A DNA stretch of 32,000 nt, taken from contig NZ_LN831024.1 of assembly GCF_001457615.1 (NCBI RefSeq), positions 5,580,001 to 5,612,000 on the forward strand, read 5' to 3'. The notes beneath the pieces were generated by a model. It was not told the DNA's origin. It worked only from the letters and a program-made list of their open reading frames with translations, and searched no databases. Positions 29,641 through 32,000 of the stretch are shown here, in pieces (within the stretch, counting starts at the first letter, position 1; every line of letters starts with the position of its first letter). A program made the translations under genes and the position numbers. The stretch comes from Pseudomonas aeruginosa. Lineage in GTDB: Bacteria > Pseudomonadota > Gammaproteobacteria > Pseudomonadales > Pseudomonadaceae.

Positions 29641-29890
29641 GATCGTGGCGTCCGAAGGCTGCGGGTCCATTTCGATGCTGCTAGAGTTCGGAAAGGTCCT
29701 ATCGAGCCTGTGCCGACCCCTCGGTCAGGAAAGCGGACTGCCGCACAGTTCCTGTCCTGGCCACGACGATGAACCCGCCTCCCGTGTTAAGAAAGAGGAG
29801 GCGCAGCCGCGGCGATCGGAAGTCCGGCACCTCTCCGGGGCTTCATCCCCCCCGTAGAGCCTTTTCAGTAGCGGAGCCGTCTAACCCCCC

Positions 29891-31714
29891 ATGGAAAACC
29901 AGAGCCCCCACCTCTCGTTGCGCGTCCCCACTCCGACGCAGCAGAACCTGAGCTTCTGCGACGCCACCCCGAAGGACATCAAGTACTGGCTGGCGCACCT
30001 GCCCAAGGCCAACCTCGGGGAAACCGCGCGCCAGCTCTACCAGGGCCTGATCGAACTCAACCAGTTGGTGCTGCCCGTCGAGGCCCGCCTGCAACTGCTC
30101 GAACTGTTCCGTCCAGAGGTGCATTTCGTCTGCGCCCACCTGGAACGGCACTTCCTCAACCAGGCCATCGTCCTCGACGAACGGCCGCGCAAGATCGCCA
30201 ACCTCTGCCAGGCCCTGCAGAACCACCTGGCCATCGGCTACAAGCTGATCGTGGTCCAGGAAGCGCCGCGCAACAGCCGCGACCGCGCGCAGCTGTTCGC
30301 GGTCGGCATCCAGCGGGCGATCCGCAGCCTGTGCGGGCCGCTGATCCGCGCCAGCCAGTTGTACTGCCCGGTCCCCGAGGGGCTTTGGCTGGAACTCCAC
30401 CAGCTCTACCAGTTGGCCAGCCAGCGCGGCGTGCATCGTCTCGCGGTGCGCGACGAACTGGCCAAGCACACCCCCGGCCTGAGCGTCGAGCAGGCCTACC
30501 TGATTCCGCTGCTGCTCGGCTGCGCGCGCTGCAACCAGATGCGCCAGAACAACATTGCACGGCTCGCCGAGGTGCTCGAACCCTGGAGCCAGCTGCTGTC
30601 GATACAGAGCGCGACGCTGCCCGGCTCGCTGTTCATCGCCGTGCCGCAGATCGACGGCCCGCCGCGCTACCGTTCGCTGTACCCGGAGACCCAACTGGCC
30701 AGTGCCCTGGGCATCGACACCCAGCCGCTGGTCGAGCTGATCCGCGAATACCTGCTGCAGCCCGAGGCCGAACGCGCGAAAGCACGCCTGCCGCTGATCG
30801 AAGGGGTGACCCTGGACCTGCTGCAACATCTCTCCTCGGCCTGGGGTGACATCGCCGAACGTACCTTCCAGCGCACCCAGGGCCAGGGCCAGTTGACCCT
30901 GTGCATCGGCATGAGCGCCCTGCACTACTTCCTCGCCGGGCGCCGCCCGTTCAACGAGGTCCTGCAGATCCAGGAAGCGCCCGAGGCGCCTCGCTTCAAG
31001 GCCGACGTCCAGGACGCCTGGGCCGGCGCCTTCGATGCACAGAAGGTCACCGACTGGCAGCCCGGCATGCCGCTGGAGGAAATCGAGTACCGCCCGCACC
31101 AGTCGCCCCGCAGTGTGCAACCCGGGCACCCGCAGGCCCACGCACAGGCTGACGCCACCGAGGACTACCCGACCTACGCCCTGCCCATCGTCAACCACAG
31201 CCCCGGCGGCTATTGCCTGAGCTGGCCGAAGGAGGTGCCCGCCCAACTGCAGGCGGGCGAACTGGTCGGCCTGCAGGACCTTCCAGGCCAGGCGTGGAGC
31301 ATCGCGGTGGTGCGCTGGATCCGCCAGGTACGCAATGGCGGCACGCAGATGGGCATCGAGATGATCGCCCCGGCGGCACAGCCCTGCGGCCTGCAACTGC
31401 TGCGCAAGACCGAGCAGAGCAGCCACTACCTGCGCGCCCTGCTGCTGCCGGCGATCGCCGCGATCTCGCGGCCGGCGACGGTGATCACCCCGCGCCTGCC
31501 GTTCCAGGAGGGCAGCCGGGTGCAGATCAACCTGCACGGCGAGGAGCGGCGCGCGGTGCTGAATCGCCGGCAGGCCTCGACCGGCAGCTTCAGCCAGTTC
31601 GAATACCGCTCGGCGGAACCGGTGAACACCCCGAGCGATAAGCCGGTCACAGCGCCAGTGGCCCGGCCGCCTGCGGGGGAGGAAGATTTTGACTCGCTCT
31701 GGAAGTCTCTGTAG
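29891..31714 (+). CDS. Uncharacterised 607-aa protein: helical N-terminal region of about 300 aa plus a C-terminal PilZ-like beta-barrel signature
   Basis: The ATG at 29891 is the only start, because an in-frame TAA lies 6 nt upstream. The C-terminal region carries ERTFQRT (R-x3-R, residues 324-328) and VNHSPGGYCLSW (N-x-S-x-x-G, residues 435-440), followed by WSIAVVRWIRQVRNGGTQMGIEMI. The gene ends 64 nt before fimX on the same strand. Confidence 0.8.
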   Translation: MENQSPHLSLRVPTPTQQNLSFCDATPKDIKYWLAHLPKANLGETARQLYQGLIELNQLVLPVEARLQLLELFRPEVHFVCAHLERHFLNQAIVLDERPRKIANLCQALQNHLAIGYKLIVVQEAPRNSRDRAQLFAVGIQRAIRSLCGPLIRASQLYCPVPEGLWLELHQLYQLASQRGVHRLAVRDELAKHTPGLSVEQAYLIPLLLGCARCNQMRQNNIARLAEVLEPWSQLLSIQSATLPGSLFIAVPQIDGPPRYRSLYPETQLASALGIDTQPLVELIREYLLQPEAERAKARLPLIEGVTLDLLQHLSSAWGDIAERTFQRTQGQGQLTLCIGMSALHYFLAGRRPFNEVLQIQEAPEAPRFKADVQDAWAGAFDAQKVTDWQPGMPLEEIEYRPHQSPRSVQPGHPQAHAQADATEDYPTYALPIVNHSPGGYCLSWPKEVPAQLQAGELVGLQDLPGQAWSIAVVRWIRQVRNGGTQMGIEMIAPAAQPCGLQLLRKTEQSSHYLRALLLPAIAAISRPATVITPRLPFQEGSRVQINLHGEERRAVLNRRQASTGSFSQFEYRSAEPVNTPSDKPVTAPVARPPAGEEDFDSLWKSL

Positions 31715-31778
31715 ATTGCCCCGACACCTCCATTCGCCGTCTTTTCGCGCCTGCCCGGACGCGGACTGAGCCCTTTCC

Positions 31779-32000
31779 ATGGCCATCGAAAAGAAAACCA
31801 TCCGCCTGCTGATTCTGGAAGACTCGCAGAACGAAGCCGAACGCCTGGTCAGTCTGTTCCGCAATGCCGGCCACGCGACCCGCGTACATCGACTGACCTC
31901 TCCCGAGGACCTCGCCGAAACCCTCCAGCAAAGCTGGGACCTGCTGATCGCCGCGCCGACCAGCGAGTGTCTCGAGCCCGGCGAGGCGCTCGCTACCTTG
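31779..32000 (+). CDS. fimX: FimX, N-terminal 74 codons (degenerate receiver domain; c-di-GMP-binding type IV pilus regulator), truncated by the window end
   Basis: MAIEKKTIRLLILEDSQNEAERLVSLFRNAGHATRVHRLTSPEDLAETLQQSWDLLIAAP is recognised from memory as the FimX N-terminus. It has a CheY-like fold pattern (LLILEDS). Confidence 0.85.
   Translation, partial: MAIEKKTIRLLILEDSQNEAERLVSLFRNAGHATRVHRLTSPEDLAETLQQSWDLLIAAPTSECLEPGEALATL

Noticed and set aside
29645-29857. 70-aa ORF (GTG start) and other small ORFs inside the psd to 607-aa-gene spacer.
   Set aside because: No SD, a non-ATG start, an R/S/P/G-rich composition like the shadow ORFs, and overlap with predicted RNA hairpins. The region is treated as non-coding, but is flagged separately as a structured spacer.
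29641-29890. Possible c-di-GMP riboswitch (GEMM) or FleQ box upstream of the fimX-linked gene.
   Set aside because: By eye I could not find the GEMM-I conserved core or a tetraloop-receptor arrangement. The nearest GTCA...GAC element (GTCAGGAAAGCGGAC) has the wrong spacing for a FleQ box. Only an Rfam scan could settle this.

Overview
The window reads as conserved, high-GC (about 66%) gammaproteobacterial core chromosome. From memory of the protein sequences (82-aa Hfq, FimX N-terminus, RhdA active-site loop) it matches the Pseudomonas aeruginosa alr-to-fimX segment, about PA4930-PA4959 in PAO1 numbering; no search was run. I call 29 protein genes, two of them cut by the window edges, and two identical tRNA-Leu(CAG) genes. 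In order: alr(partial)-dnaB; rplI-[membrane protein]-rpsR-rpsF; rlmB-rnr; tandem tRNA-Leu; purA-hisZ; a DUF2065-like peptide; the hflC-hflK-hflX-hfq-miaA-mutL-amiB-tsaE-nnr superoperon; queG; orn; rsgA; motB-motA; an HDOD protein; rhdA-psd; a 607-aa uncharacterised protein; fimX(partial). I see no CRISPR array, IS element, integrase, prophage or GC-skewed island, and every gene looks intact. Most of the window is ordinary housekeeping DNA. The parts worth a second look are three poorly characterised genes and some non-coding elements. The 607-aa protein next to fimX appears to carry a split, degenerate PilZ-like barrel. A 503-aa HDOD plus GAF-like protein lies divergent from motAB. An 8-TM membrane protein sits inside the ribosomal-protein operon. 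The non-coding elements are a sigma-28-like motA promoter, a 318-nt structured spacer before the 607-aa gene, a terminator in front of dnaB, and hairpin leaders on the tRNA repeat. The many long opposite-strand ORFs in the track are GC-driven shadow ORFs.
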